Virus record (IMG/VR): IMGVR_UViG_3300030202_002001
Location: 31,561 to 95,560 of that record
Strand: one strand, 5' to 3'
From: a virus
DNA length: 64,000 bases
In this document: in pieces, positions 48,789-57,364 of the stretch
Layout: each line of letters starts with the position of its first letter
Numbering within the stretch: position 1 is the first letter of the stretch
Notes under the pieces: generated by a model
What the model was told of the DNA's origin: nothing
Databases searched by the model: none
What the model saw: the letters and a program-made list of their open reading frames with translations, nothing else
Made by a program: the position numbers and the translations under genes

Positions 48789-49297
48789 ATATCTTTGTTA
48801 CTGACCAAGACCCATGGAAGTGTGCTAGAGTTCTTCCCGACAAGCACATCGTCAAGATGCCCCTGGAGACCTGCCAGATGCTCTCTATAGTCGCCTCAGA
48901 CAAGTGGGGGCATGGTTATGGCACACTGCCCAAGAAAGATGGCACACCCTATGCTACGGACAAGGGAGCGTTCCGTAATCACCCTTGCACTATCTGGGCA
49001 AACGAGACTGTAGCAAACACTAGATGGTTGCTTACTCACGGCATTGCATTATGTGACGAGTATTATACTCGGTATGGAAAAAACCATACCTGCTTTAAGA
49101 CTTTACTTGCTGCTGATGAGATTATTCCCTGTGTAAAATGGGCTGACCACACTCCTTTCGTTCGTGCAATGCCTGAGGAGTATAAGTTTGACGATAGTAT
49201 TTCTACTATCGATGCATACAAAATGTACATTGCTTCTAAGCCTTGGGTGTGCGATAATTATCTTCGTATCCCAGATCGTAAACCTGATTGGATTTAA
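48785..49297 (+). CDS. Pyrimidine-dimer DNA glycosylase-like protein
   Basis: MNIFVT...DKHIVKMPLETCQML...NHPCTIWA...EYYTRYGKNH. Confidence 0.7.
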   Translation: MNIFVTDQDPWKCARVLPDKHIVKMPLETCQMLSIVASDKWGHGYGTLPKKDGTPYATDKGAFRNHPCTIWANETVANTRWLLTHGIALCDEYYTRYGKNHTCFKTLLAADEIIPCVKWADHTPFVRAMPEEYKFDDSISTIDAYKMYIASKPWVCDNYLRIPDRKPDWI

Positions 49298-49299
49298 TA

Positions 49300-50247
49300 A
49301 TGAGTCGTAATGAGTTCCTTTGGGTCGAGAAGTACCGTCCCAAAACTATTGATGAATGTATTCTCCCAGAGTCTACTAAGACTACATTCAAAGAATTCCT
49401 GAATAAGGGTGAGATCCCTAACATGCTCCTTGCTGGTCCTGCAGGTTGTGGTAAAACAACTGTAGCCCGTGCATTGTGTGAGCAACTTAAATGTGACTAC
49501 ATAATTATAAACGGTTCAGATGAAGGAAGATTTCTTGACACGGTGCGGAATCAAGCAAAGAACTTTGCTTCGACCGTATCACTTTCGTCAGATGCTAACC
49601 ACAAAGTCATCATCATTGACGAAGCTGACAACACAACCCATGATGTACAGCTCCTCCTTAGGGCAAACATTGAGGCATTTTATAACAATTGCAGATTCAT
49701 CTTTACCTGCAACTACAAAAACAAACTCATTGAACCTCTCCATTCACGCTGTGCCGTCGTCGAATTCGGTATTAATGGAACCAAGAAACCTGCCATCGCA
49801 GCAGAATTTTTCAACCGTCTCAGGACTATACTTGAGAATGAGGATGTGGCGTATGATCAAAAAGTTCTTCTAGAACTTATTAATAAGCATTTCCCTGATT
49901 GGCGTCGTGTATTAAATGAGTGTCAGAGATACTCTGTTAGTGGTAAAATTGATTCAGCAATCCTTGCTGAATTTGGAGATGTAAAGGTAAATGATCTTAT
50001 CCAGAAACTTAAGAACAAAGATTTTCAGTCGGTTAGGAAGTGGGTCGTTTCTAATTTGGACAACGATTCTAGTGTACTACTTCGCCGTGTGTACGATGCT
50101 CTGGTTCCATCCTTGGATGGTCCTTCTATTGCTGCTGCCGTTCTCATTATTGCTAAGTATCAGTACCAAATCGCGTTCGTAGCAGATCAAGAGATTAATC
50201 TCTTAGCCGCTTTGACAGAAATTATGGTGGAGTGTAAGTTTAAATGA
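49300..50247 (+). CDS. gp44: Clamp loader large subunit gp44
   Basis: LWVEKYRP, GPAGCGKTT, IIDEAD, PLHSRC. Confidence 0.96.
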   Translation: MSRNEFLWVEKYRPKTIDECILPESTKTTFKEFLNKGEIPNMLLAGPAGCGKTTVARALCEQLKCDYIIINGSDEGRFLDTVRNQAKNFASTVSLSSDANHKVIIIDEADNTTHDVQLLLRANIEAFYNNCRFIFTCNYKNKLIEPLHSRCAVVEFGINGTKKPAIAAEFFNRLRTILENEDVAYDQKVLLELINKHFPDWRRVLNECQRYSVSGKIDSAILAEFGDVKVNDLIQKLKNKDFQSVRKWVVSNLDNDSSVLLRRVYDALVPSLDGPSIAAAVLIIAKYQYQIAFVADQEINLLAALTEIMVECKFK

Positions 50248-51071
50248 AATCATATAAAACCCCACTGAGATATCCTGGAGGAAAGAGTCGTGCTTTGACT
50301 AAACTTTCCCAGTATCTTCCTAATCTTAAAGACTACACTGAGTATCGTGAACCTTTTCTAGGTGGCGGTAGTGTAGCAATTGAAGTATGTAAGATGAATC
50401 CTCATCTTGATATCTGGGTCAACGATCTCTATGAACCTCTTTATAATTTCTGGTGTGAATTGAGAGATAACGGACAAGAGATGAGAGATCAACTTGTCCA
50501 ATTAAAGAATCGTCATCCTGAACCAGTATCTGCTAAAGAACTATTCATTGATGCAAAGGAGAAAGTAAATGATCACTTCTTACCAGCTACGGCTCGTGCT
50601 GTCTCTTTTTATATTATCAACAAGTGCTCTTTTTCTGGTCTCACTGAATCCTCATCATTCTCAAAGCAAGCTTCAGAAAGCAATTTCTCCATGCGAGGAA
50701 TCGATAAACTACCAGGATATTCTCAAATAATTAAAAATTGGAAGATTACCAATGTCTCATATGAACAACTCCTTAGCGACAGCAAGTCAACCTACATCTA
50801 TCTCGATCCCCCCTATGAGATTGGATCCAATCTATATGGTAAGCGTGGGAGCATGCACAAGGGATTTGACCATGACCAGTTTGCTGGTGATTGTGACCGT
50901 TTTGTCTCTCCTCAACTTATTTCTTACAATTCGTCGCAACTGATTAGAGATCGTTTTAAGGATTGGAAAGCTGCTGAATTTGAACACACTTACACAATGC
51001 GTTCTGTTGGTGAGTATATGAGTGATCAGCAACAGCGTAAGGAACTGGTGCTAATGAACTATGACATTTGA
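50244..51071 (+). CDS. dam: DNA adenine methyltransferase (Dam/D12 class)
   Basis: PLRYPGGKS, EPFLGGGSV, YLDPPY. Confidence 0.92.
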   Translation: MKSYKTPLRYPGGKSRALTKLSQYLPNLKDYTEYREPFLGGGSVAIEVCKMNPHLDIWVNDLYEPLYNFWCELRDNGQEMRDQLVQLKNRHPEPVSAKELFIDAKEKVNDHFLPATARAVSFYIINKCSFSGLTESSSFSKQASESNFSMRGIDKLPGYSQIIKNWKITNVSYEQLLSDSKSTYIYLDPPYEIGSNLYGKRGSMHKGFDHDQFAGDCDRFVSPQLISYNSSQLIRDRFKDWKAAEFEHTYTMRSVGEYMSDQQQRKELVLMNYDI

Positions 51072-51591
51072 TAATGAACTTCATGTTCTAGATAATAAAT
51101 TTAGTAGGTGGCAACTAGATCATATTAATGATTGTGCTCTCAATGCAAAATATTCTTACAATCAATCTACAGATAGTAATTCTCCAGAAAGAGATTGTAG
51201 GTTTGCGGCGTTACTAGATTTGGATGAACTGGGTGAGTTGCACTTAGATGATATAATCATCGAAGCATTATCTGATTTCAAATTTAAAATTAATATTCAA
51301 GAGGCTTACTTCAATCATTATCCAATACATGCCTATGTGAACAGGCATATTGATGAAATCAATCCAGCATGTGCAACTGTCATTGTGTGTTGTAATAAGT
51401 ATTGGGATGAGTCTTGGGGAGGAGAGTTAAAAATATACGAGAACGATGGTCCCATACATAAAGTGATTGATTATTCTCCTGGAAGGATAATCATATTTGA
51501 TTCTAGATTAGAACATAAAGTTCTACCTATTACTCCATATGCAAAGAGTGATAGATTTACCCTTGCATTCAAAACTGAGATTGAATTATGA
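51061..51591 (+). CDS. 2OG-Fe(II) oxygenase (prolyl-hydroxylase-like)
   Basis: HID...WDESWGGEL...PGRIIIFDSRLEH...RFTLAFK. Confidence 0.82.
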   Translation: MTFDNELHVLDNKFSRWQLDHINDCALNAKYSYNQSTDSNSPERDCRFAALLDLDELGELHLDDIIIEALSDFKFKINIQEAYFNHYPIHAYVNRHIDEINPACATVIVCCNKYWDESWGGELKIYENDGPIHKVIDYSPGRIIIFDSRLEHKVLPITPYAKSDRFTLAFKTEIEL

Positions 51592-53288
51592 AAATCGTTG
51601 GAGTTTATGGAGCACTTGATTGGGACGCAAATATATTTGACAAACCAGGCACTTATATCCATGATGCTGGTGCAACATTATTTGTTAATGGGATTCATAT
51701 CAGAAGTATTAATGAAGAAAGACTGACTCGTCTTAAAGATGAGGGTAATTATCCTAGGAAATCTATTGAATATGTGCTAGGAGATTATAGTAAGGATGAT
51801 ATTGATATTGTTTGTTACTGCCCAAGTTATCCTGAGATTAGCAATAAGCAGTTAGTTGAAGGAATTGGAAAGAGAATGCTGCAGGAATCATTTCCTAATG
51901 CGGAAGTCTGGATGCTCTCGCATCATTTGTGTCATGCTGCTTCTACTGTATTCACATCACCATTCAATAGTGGAAGTTTCTTAACTATCGATGGTCTTGG
52001 TAGTGGAATTTGGGATTTTGCCAGTGCCATGACGAGAGGTGGTGAGAATAATAGTATTGGTTACTTTGATAAGCAGAAAAGAATCTTTAGATTTTTTAGA
52101 GGAACTGGTGATTTGGGTATGAACTCATTTGGTGAGTTCTACTGCAATATGTCTCAAATGGTTTATGATGCAAAACATAGGCAGTTGATGAGAGAAGAGT
52201 CTACTCTCCCCGAGGATGTGTTTAATAATATTCAGTTTGCTCAAAATTTTGATGTAACTCCTAAAGAGGGTAAGATCATGGGCATGTCTGCTTATGGTAA
52301 ACTCCTTCCAGAACAAGAGAGGCCAATGTGTGCATCAACACATTACGCAGAAGGGTTATTTGATATTGATCGCTGGGAATTTGGAATGCCAGAGGTCCAT
52401 TTTTATGACTATAAGATGGTCTACAGACATCTAAAAGGTTCTCCAGAAGACAAAGCTCACTACATTCAGTATTGGTTTGAGCATGCTTTGATGTATCTGG
52501 TAGAAACTTTGAAAGAAGATTACCTAGAAGATGACAATTGTTTTGCTGGAGGATGTTTCCTGAATGTTTGTGCAAATACAAGGATAAGATCTCTGTTTAG
52601 AAACATGCACATTCCACCATTCACCAATGATTCTGGAATTCACTTTGGAGCAGCTGCTTGGGGTGCATATAGATCAAAAGAATCTATTGAATTGCCATCT
52701 AATATTGCTTTGTTGGGTAAATCCTATGATGATTTTGTACCTGAAGAAGAAAATTGTAAGTACTACGAAGACTTTGATGACCTTTGTAATTTTGTTGCGG
52801 ATGAATTAAACGATAATAAAATTATTGGTTGGTTCCAAGGCAGGTCGGAATATGGTCCTAGGTCTTTAGGGTCTAGGTCATTGCTTATGAGTCCTAGAGA
52901 TTCTAAGAATAAAGATATTTTGAATACCAGGGTCAAAAAAAGAGAGTATTGGCGTCCTTTTGCTGGTATAATGCTAGAAGAATCAGTCGAAGACTACTTT
53001 GATCCTGGTTTTCCGAGTCCTTACATGCTGTATTCTCAGACTTCCATCACCAAAAAAATCCCTGCCATCACTCATGGTGACTTGACATGTAGAATTCAGA
53101 CTGTAAATGAGCAGCAAAATCCTAAGATGTGTCAACTACTCAGTAAATTTGATGTACCTATTCTACTGAACACATCCTTCAATAAAAGCGGAGAACCAAT
53201 TATTGAAACTCCAGAGGATGCCATTGCCTCTTTCAAACAAATGGATATTGACTATCTTGTTATTGGTAATTACATCCTATGGAACTAA
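51588..53288 (+). CDS. O-carbamoyltransferase (NodU/CmcH/TobZ family)
   Basis: HDAG, EERLTR.K, HHLCHA, DGLG, EGKIMGMSAYG, AGGCFLN, GRSEYGPRSLG.RS, KKREYWRPFA, RIQTV, LLNTSFN. Confidence 0.92.
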   Translation: MKIVGVYGALDWDANIFDKPGTYIHDAGATLFVNGIHIRSINEERLTRLKDEGNYPRKSIEYVLGDYSKDDIDIVCYCPSYPEISNKQLVEGIGKRMLQESFPNAEVWMLSHHLCHAASTVFTSPFNSGSFLTIDGLGSGIWDFASAMTRGGENNSIGYFDKQKRIFRFFRGTGDLGMNSFGEFYCNMSQMVYDAKHRQLMREESTLPEDVFNNIQFAQNFDVTPKEGKIMGMSAYGKLLPEQERPMCASTHYAEGLFDIDRWEFGMPEVHFYDYKMVYRHLKGSPEDKAHYIQYWFEHALMYLVETLKEDYLEDDNCFAGGCFLNVCANTRIRSLFRNMHIPPFTNDSGIHFGAAAWGAYRSKESIELPSNIALLGKSYDDFVPEEENCKYYEDFDDLCNFVADELNDNKIIGWFQGRSEYGPRSLGSRSLLMSPRDSKNKDILNTRVKKREYWRPFAGIMLEESVEDYFDPGFPSPYMLYSQTSITKKIPAITHGDLTCRIQTVNEQQNPKMCQLLSKFDVPILLNTSFNKSGEPIIETPEDAIASFKQMDIDYLVIGNYILWN

Positions 53289-53659
53289 AAGATTGGTTGA
53301 ACTCTATAAACTTTAATAAGGAAAATCTTATTAAAGAAAACCCCGATATCGTTAAACAATATCCTCCTTACATTGTTAATCGTTGTCTGTCTGGGCATAT
53401 TGATGCAATTATGTTTGCAAATGAGATGAATAAACAGAATCATTTGGACAAAGATATGCAGTACGAATTCCTTCTACATAGCATTAGGAAAAAGAAAAGG
53501 TTCTCTCCTTGGTTGCGCCAGGAGAAAATTGCTGACCTAGAACTAGTAAAGAAATACTATGGTTACAGCAATGAGAAAGCACAACAGGCTCTTAAAATTT
53601 TACTTCCCGAACAAATTGAGTACATGCGTAAAAAATTAGACACTGGTGGTATCAAATGA
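53279..53659 (+). CDS. gp62: Clamp loader small subunit gp62
   Basis: MELKDWLNSIN, YPPYIVNRCLS, RKKKRFSPW, YYGYSNEKA. Confidence 0.93.
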   Translation: MELKDWLNSINFNKENLIKENPDIVKQYPPYIVNRCLSGHIDAIMFANEMNKQNHLDKDMQYEFLLHSIRKKKRFSPWLRQEKIADLELVKKYYGYSNEKAQQALKILLPEQIEYMRKKLDTGGIK

Positions 53660-54495
53660 AAGTTCTTAGTATCGATATTGACTTCTGTTTTCCTAATGTG
53701 GAAGAATGGCCCAATGAAGATGGGGAACTTTGGGATGAGTGGCATCCCGCTACGAAGTGGACAAACTATTTTTCTAAGTATCCTGACCTTAATTGTAGAG
53801 AAAATATTGTACAAGAGAATTGTCTGGATTATATGCTAGACACTTTTACGAAAGCATTAGTTGCTAATCCAGATGTAACGGTTGCCTTTGGATGGGACCA
53901 TGATTATATCCTTGATAGCATACTTGATTTTGAAGATATTGAATTGGTAAACATCGACCATCATGACGACTTCCTTGCGGGATGTTATATTGAAAAAGTT
54001 CAAGAAGAACTCGATGATTATACTAATGAGACTTTTTTAGCACTGCATCTTTTAGAATATCACCACACTACAACATATGGGAAGGTAGATGAAGGTAGTT
54101 GGGGAGCTTATCTTCATGCTCTAGGAAAATTAAAATCTATGACTTGGATTCATAATGGAGAAAAGGCTGAGGAAGATTCTAGGAGTTCTGTAAATCGATA
54201 CATCTGTAATAATGTAGGAAAGTATTGTGAGTGGGGGTTTAAAGAACCACATGAGTATGATCATGGTGACTATAAGTATGATCATATTTTTGTATGCCTA
54301 TCTCCTGGGTATTTTCCTATGTCTCAGTGGGAACTTTTTGGAATCTTCTTAGGAATTTATGAAGATCATACTGGTAAGAGTTGTAATATAGGTGAGTGGT
54401 GGGACCAAAGATACATTAATAAAATGGCATATAGAAGTGCTTACGATATCGTCAAACCTGCTATGGAAAATGTCAAAAGAAGTTTAGCTAAATAA
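53656..54495 (+). CDS. UPF0489/arginase-deacetylase-fold putative metallohydrolase
   Basis: VLSIDIDF, DHD, VNIDHHDD, VDEGSW, FVCLSPGY motifs. Confidence 0.6.
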   Translation: MKVLSIDIDFCFPNVEEWPNEDGELWDEWHPATKWTNYFSKYPDLNCRENIVQENCLDYMLDTFTKALVANPDVTVAFGWDHDYILDSILDFEDIELVNIDHHDDFLAGCYIEKVQEELDDYTNETFLALHLLEYHHTTTYGKVDEGSWGAYLHALGKLKSMTWIHNGEKAEEDSRSSVNRYICNNVGKYCEWGFKEPHEYDHGDYKYDHIFVCLSPGYFPMSQWELFGIFLGIYEDHTGKSCNIGEWWDQRYINKMAYRSAYDIVKPAMENVKRSLAK

Positions 54496-54516
54496 TAAAA
54501 AGTTGTTATTCTTGCT

Positions 54517-54960
54517 ATGAGCGTTGTTGTGGAACCGACCGTTGAGTGGTCGCCTGAGAAAATGATTGAGGTGTGCCTCAGTGAACCTGATGATTTTCTA
54601 AAAGTACGAGAAACACTTACCAGAATTGGAGTAGCATCAAGAAAGGAAAAGAAACTATACCAATCTTGTCATATCTTGCATAAGCAAGGAAGATATTACA
54701 TTGTTCACTTCAAAGAACTTTTCGCACTTGACGGTAAGAAAGCAAATCTTACTGTAAATGATGTACAAAGAAGAAACAGAATCTCTCAATTGTTGGCTGA
54801 CTGGGGATTGATTTCTGTAGTTGATGCTGAGATGATTCAGGACATCGCTCCTTTGAATCAAATCAAAGTATTATCATATAAAGATAAAGGTAACTGGGTT
54901 TTAGAAACAAAATATAACATTGGTAGAAAAACCAAGACTGAAGGACAAGAGGACTCCTAA
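54517..54960 (+). CDS. regA: Translational repressor RegA
   Basis: PDDFLKVRETLTRIGVAS, LYQSCHILHKQGRYYIVHFKELFALDG. Confidence 0.97.
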   Translation: MSVVVEPTVEWSPEKMIEVCLSEPDDFLKVRETLTRIGVASRKEKKLYQSCHILHKQGRYYIVHFKELFALDGKKANLTVNDVQRRNRISQLLADWGLISVVDAEMIQDIAPLNQIKVLSYKDKGNWVLETKYNIGRKTKTEGQEDS

Positions 54961-54965
54961 ATAAA

Positions 54966-55038
54966 TCGTCGCTCTTTCGTGCGCGACACGCTACAAAGGA
55001 ATATCGCTTGCAAGGGGGGTTGCCACCCTCCTTTTTTT
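54966..55038 (+). ncRNA. Candidate ~70-nt structured RNA with pseudoknot
   Basis: Late box CTAAATA 54957-54963; stem GTCGC/GCGAC whose loop can pair with ACAAAGG; ends in a terminator. Confidence 0.4.
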
Positions 55039-55048
55039 ATGCTATAAT
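55012..55048 (+). terminator. Intrinsic terminator overlapping a sigma70 promoter
   Basis: aaggggggt-tgcc-accctcctt + T tract; TTGCCA-17-TATAAT (55020-55048). Confidence 0.75.
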
Positions 55049-55052
55049 ATAT

Positions 55053-55140
55053 CTGTGGTTAACCACTGCGGTAGTCCCCTTTAATAGGTTCAGGACTAGC
55101 GGCGACAGGAACCTATTGTTAACTCTACAGCCATACGGCT
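55053..55140 (+). ncRNA. Structured leader RNA with H-type pseudoknot
   Basis: TAGTCC(55072-77)/GGACTA(55093-98); AATAGGTTC(55083-91)/GAACCTATT(55109-17); outer GGTTAAC/GTTAACT; hairpin AGCC-ATAC-GGCT. Confidence 0.55.
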
Positions 55141-55147
55141 TGTTATC

Positions 55148-56161
55148 ATGACAATTATCTCAATTCCCCTTTCGGGGGTGCCTAAGGAATTGCGTCAGCA
55201 GATCGAAGAACTTCTTCCTGAACCTCAAGAGGTTCCTGGTTGGAAGTTTGCAGGATATAAATGGCGTAAACTCACACAGATCAATACCAAGGACAGTAAC
55301 GGAAACACAGATAACTCTGTTAGGATTGCTGGAACTGGTGACAACCAGACTCTAGAAGTCTCCCTTGCAAAAGGCATTGACACATCCGTCCTTACTCCAT
55401 CAATCTACGGTATTGATGATCTCCTTAACGGTTTTAACAGGTTGAAGAACCTGAAGCAACTAGGATATAAGGAGTGGATCTTCGCTCAATACGAAGAGAA
55501 CGATCTCACCAAAACCGAATTCCAAGACTCCTTAAGGGAGCGTCTTCAAGATGCCCGTGCATCAATGAATAAGGGATTTGGACAAAAGGTAATTACCGTT
55601 ACCGAGATCGAAGAACTTGGTCGTGAGCGTTTTGAACATCGTGAAGACAGGGAAAAGGACACCATCAAACGGTGGATCTATACCCTTGACTTGAACCTGA
55701 GTCCTCAACAGGTAGAAGGTATTGCAGCAAAAATCTGTAAAGACTTTGCTCGTCGTGGTATCATCGACTCCTATAGTCGTACAGAGGCTCAACTGTTTCT
55801 CGATGAACTTGGCATTGGAGCAGACCTTCTAAACACCTATGGTATTAATGGTGAGAAAGCCGATCCTACTCGTGCTCTTCGTACCATCTATCAGGTGATG
55901 AAGAACTATGTTGATAATGTCGATACAATGAACATTGCTCTCTTCGATTCTCAAGCATCTTCTCACGAAGAACTTGAAGCAAATCGTCAGAGGACTATTG
56001 CTCTTCTCGATGAAATGGATCAACTTGTCTTGAATTATGCTGCAGCGCGTGTAGCAAACCTCAAGGTTCCTCCTTACAATGTGTTTGGTGCTATCCCCCA
56101 GGCAACTGGTAAGGAGCACAAGGATGTTGTAATGCAAGAAAAGAAGTTGATTGAGGTGTAA
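55148..56161 (+). CDS. Hypothetical protein with ParB/Srx-like N-terminal domain
   Basis: NSVR...LEVSLAKG...PSI...LLNGFNRLKNLKQLG resembles the ParB GxxR motif; has its own promoter and terminator. Confidence 0.6.
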   Translation: MTIISIPLSGVPKELRQQIEELLPEPQEVPGWKFAGYKWRKLTQINTKDSNGNTDNSVRIAGTGDNQTLEVSLAKGIDTSVLTPSIYGIDDLLNGFNRLKNLKQLGYKEWIFAQYEENDLTKTEFQDSLRERLQDARASMNKGFGQKVITVTEIEELGRERFEHREDREKDTIKRWIYTLDLNLSPQQVEGIAAKICKDFARRGIIDSYSRTEAQLFLDELGIGADLLNTYGINGEKADPTRALRTIYQVMKNYVDNVDTMNIALFDSQASSHEELEANRQRTIALLDEMDQLVLNYAAARVANLKVPPYNVFGAIPQATGKEHKDVVMQEKKLIEV

Positions 56162-56170
56162 CAACCGAAT

Positions 56171-56205
56171 AAAAAAGGTGGGGGTTTCAACATCCCCCTT
56201 TTTTT
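56171..56205 (+). terminator. Intrinsic terminator, possibly bidirectional
   Basis: A-tract, GGGGGT...ATCCCCC stem, T7. Confidence 0.7.
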
Positions 56206-56277
56206 ATGTAAATGATTAAATAGTATTGGATGCCGTAAGGGTCCACAAAAAATAAACTCGCTTACTAAGGAGCTACC

Positions 56278-56715
56278 ATGGTTAATAACCTAACAAAGTA
56301 TAATGCTGCGAACCTGGATCAATTAATGGACAGGATCACACGCAACAGTATTGGTATGGATGATTATTTCGACCGTATCTTTAAACTGCACGAGACCACT
56401 TCCAACTATCCTCCATATAACCTTGTAGATGTAAGTGCCGTTGAATCGAGACTAGAAATTGCTCTAGCAGGATTCAAGAAGGCTGAGGTTAATGTCTATA
56501 CGCAAGACGGGAAACTCTTCGTAGAGGGGCAGAAAGAGGACAAGGAGACCGAAACCAGTTACTTGCATAAGGGACTTGCTCAACGGTCCTTCACGCGGGT
56601 GTGGACGCTCTCTGATGAGACGGAGGTGAGGCAAGTGGAGTTTGAGGACGGTCTTTTGAGTGTGACGCTAGGGAAGATAATTCCAGAACATCACCAGCGT
56701 AAAACCTGGTTCTAA
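56278..56715 (+). CDS. hsp20: Small heat-shock protein Hsp20
   Basis: NYPPYNL, LEIALAGF, YLHKGLAQRSF, FEDGLL. Confidence 0.95.
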   Translation: MVNNLTKYNAANLDQLMDRITRNSIGMDDYFDRIFKLHETTSNYPPYNLVDVSAVESRLEIALAGFKKAEVNVYTQDGKLFVEGQKEDKETETSYLHKGLAQRSFTRVWTLSDETEVRQVEFEDGLLSVTLGKIIPEHHQRKTWF

Positions 56716-56719
56716 ATAT

Positions 56720-56756
56720 CGGGGGGTTGATCGCCCCCCTTTTTTCATGCTATAAT
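56720..56756 (+). terminator. Intrinsic terminator overlapping a sigma70-like promoter
   Basis: GGGGGG...CCCCCC stem + T tract; TTGATC-18-TATAAT. Confidence 0.7.
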
Positions 56757-56778
56757 ACCTAGAGGTAAGAAACTTACT

Positions 56779-57090
56779 ATGTCCGTTAGAGTAGCCATCA
56801 TTGGCACTGATTCTATCATTGCTGATATTAAAGAGTTGATTGATCCAGAAGACAAGGGTCGTCAATACATGTTTAACAATCCGTATCGCGTCATCATGCA
56901 ACCAACCATGTTGCTGACAGAAGATGCTGGAGAAACTGCAGAAAATACATCTCAAGTATCCCTTGCTACTTGGCAACCGCTTACGCAAGAGACTACATTC
57001 ATCGTAAATCCCAACTCTGTTCAAACTATTTTTGAACCAGTAGCTGATCTCAAGAACATGTACAAGGAGTTGATTGATGGCATTAGTTAA
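56779..57090 (+). CDS. Conserved hypothetical protein
   Basis: GAGGT SD; usual small gene between hsp20 and gp43. Confidence 0.75.
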   Translation: MSVRVAIIGTDSIIADIKELIDPEDKGRQYMFNNPYRVIMQPTMLLTEDAGETAENTSQVSLATWQPLTQETTFIVNPNSVQTIFEPVADLKNMYKELIDGIS

Positions 57091-57364
57091 AGTTATTGTC
57101 TTCAAAGAAGACTACATGTGTATTATCGCTGGCATCAAAGAGATTGGTGCTGATATCGGTGAACCCGATTGTGAGTTAGATAATCCATATGAATTCCTTG
57201 AGTTGGAAGAAGAACCCAAAGAATATAAGGATCGTCTCACACCTTGGAAAGTATTGAATAAGTCTTCTGATAAGAAGTGCAGAATTCAAAGTGATACTAT
57301 TCTGACTCTAGTTGATCCCGAGCCACACATCCTCCAAGCATACAACGAACTGCTTTCTGAATGA
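57077..57364 (+). CDS. Conserved hypothetical protein
   Basis: EIGADIGEPDCEL.NPY...SDTILTLVDP. Confidence 0.75.
   Translation: MALVKVIVFKEDYMCIIAGIKEIGADIGEPDCELDNPYEFLELEEEPKEYKDRLTPWKVLNKSSDKKCRIQSDTILTLVDPEPHILQAYNELLSE

Noticed and set aside
55053-55130. Assignment of the leader RNA as a twister, HDV-like or hammerhead ribozyme, or a SAM-II riboswitch
   Set aside because: Only a superficial UAAC.ACUGC similarity to twister; the core motifs and the HDV P3/P1.1 topology are missing, so it is left unassigned
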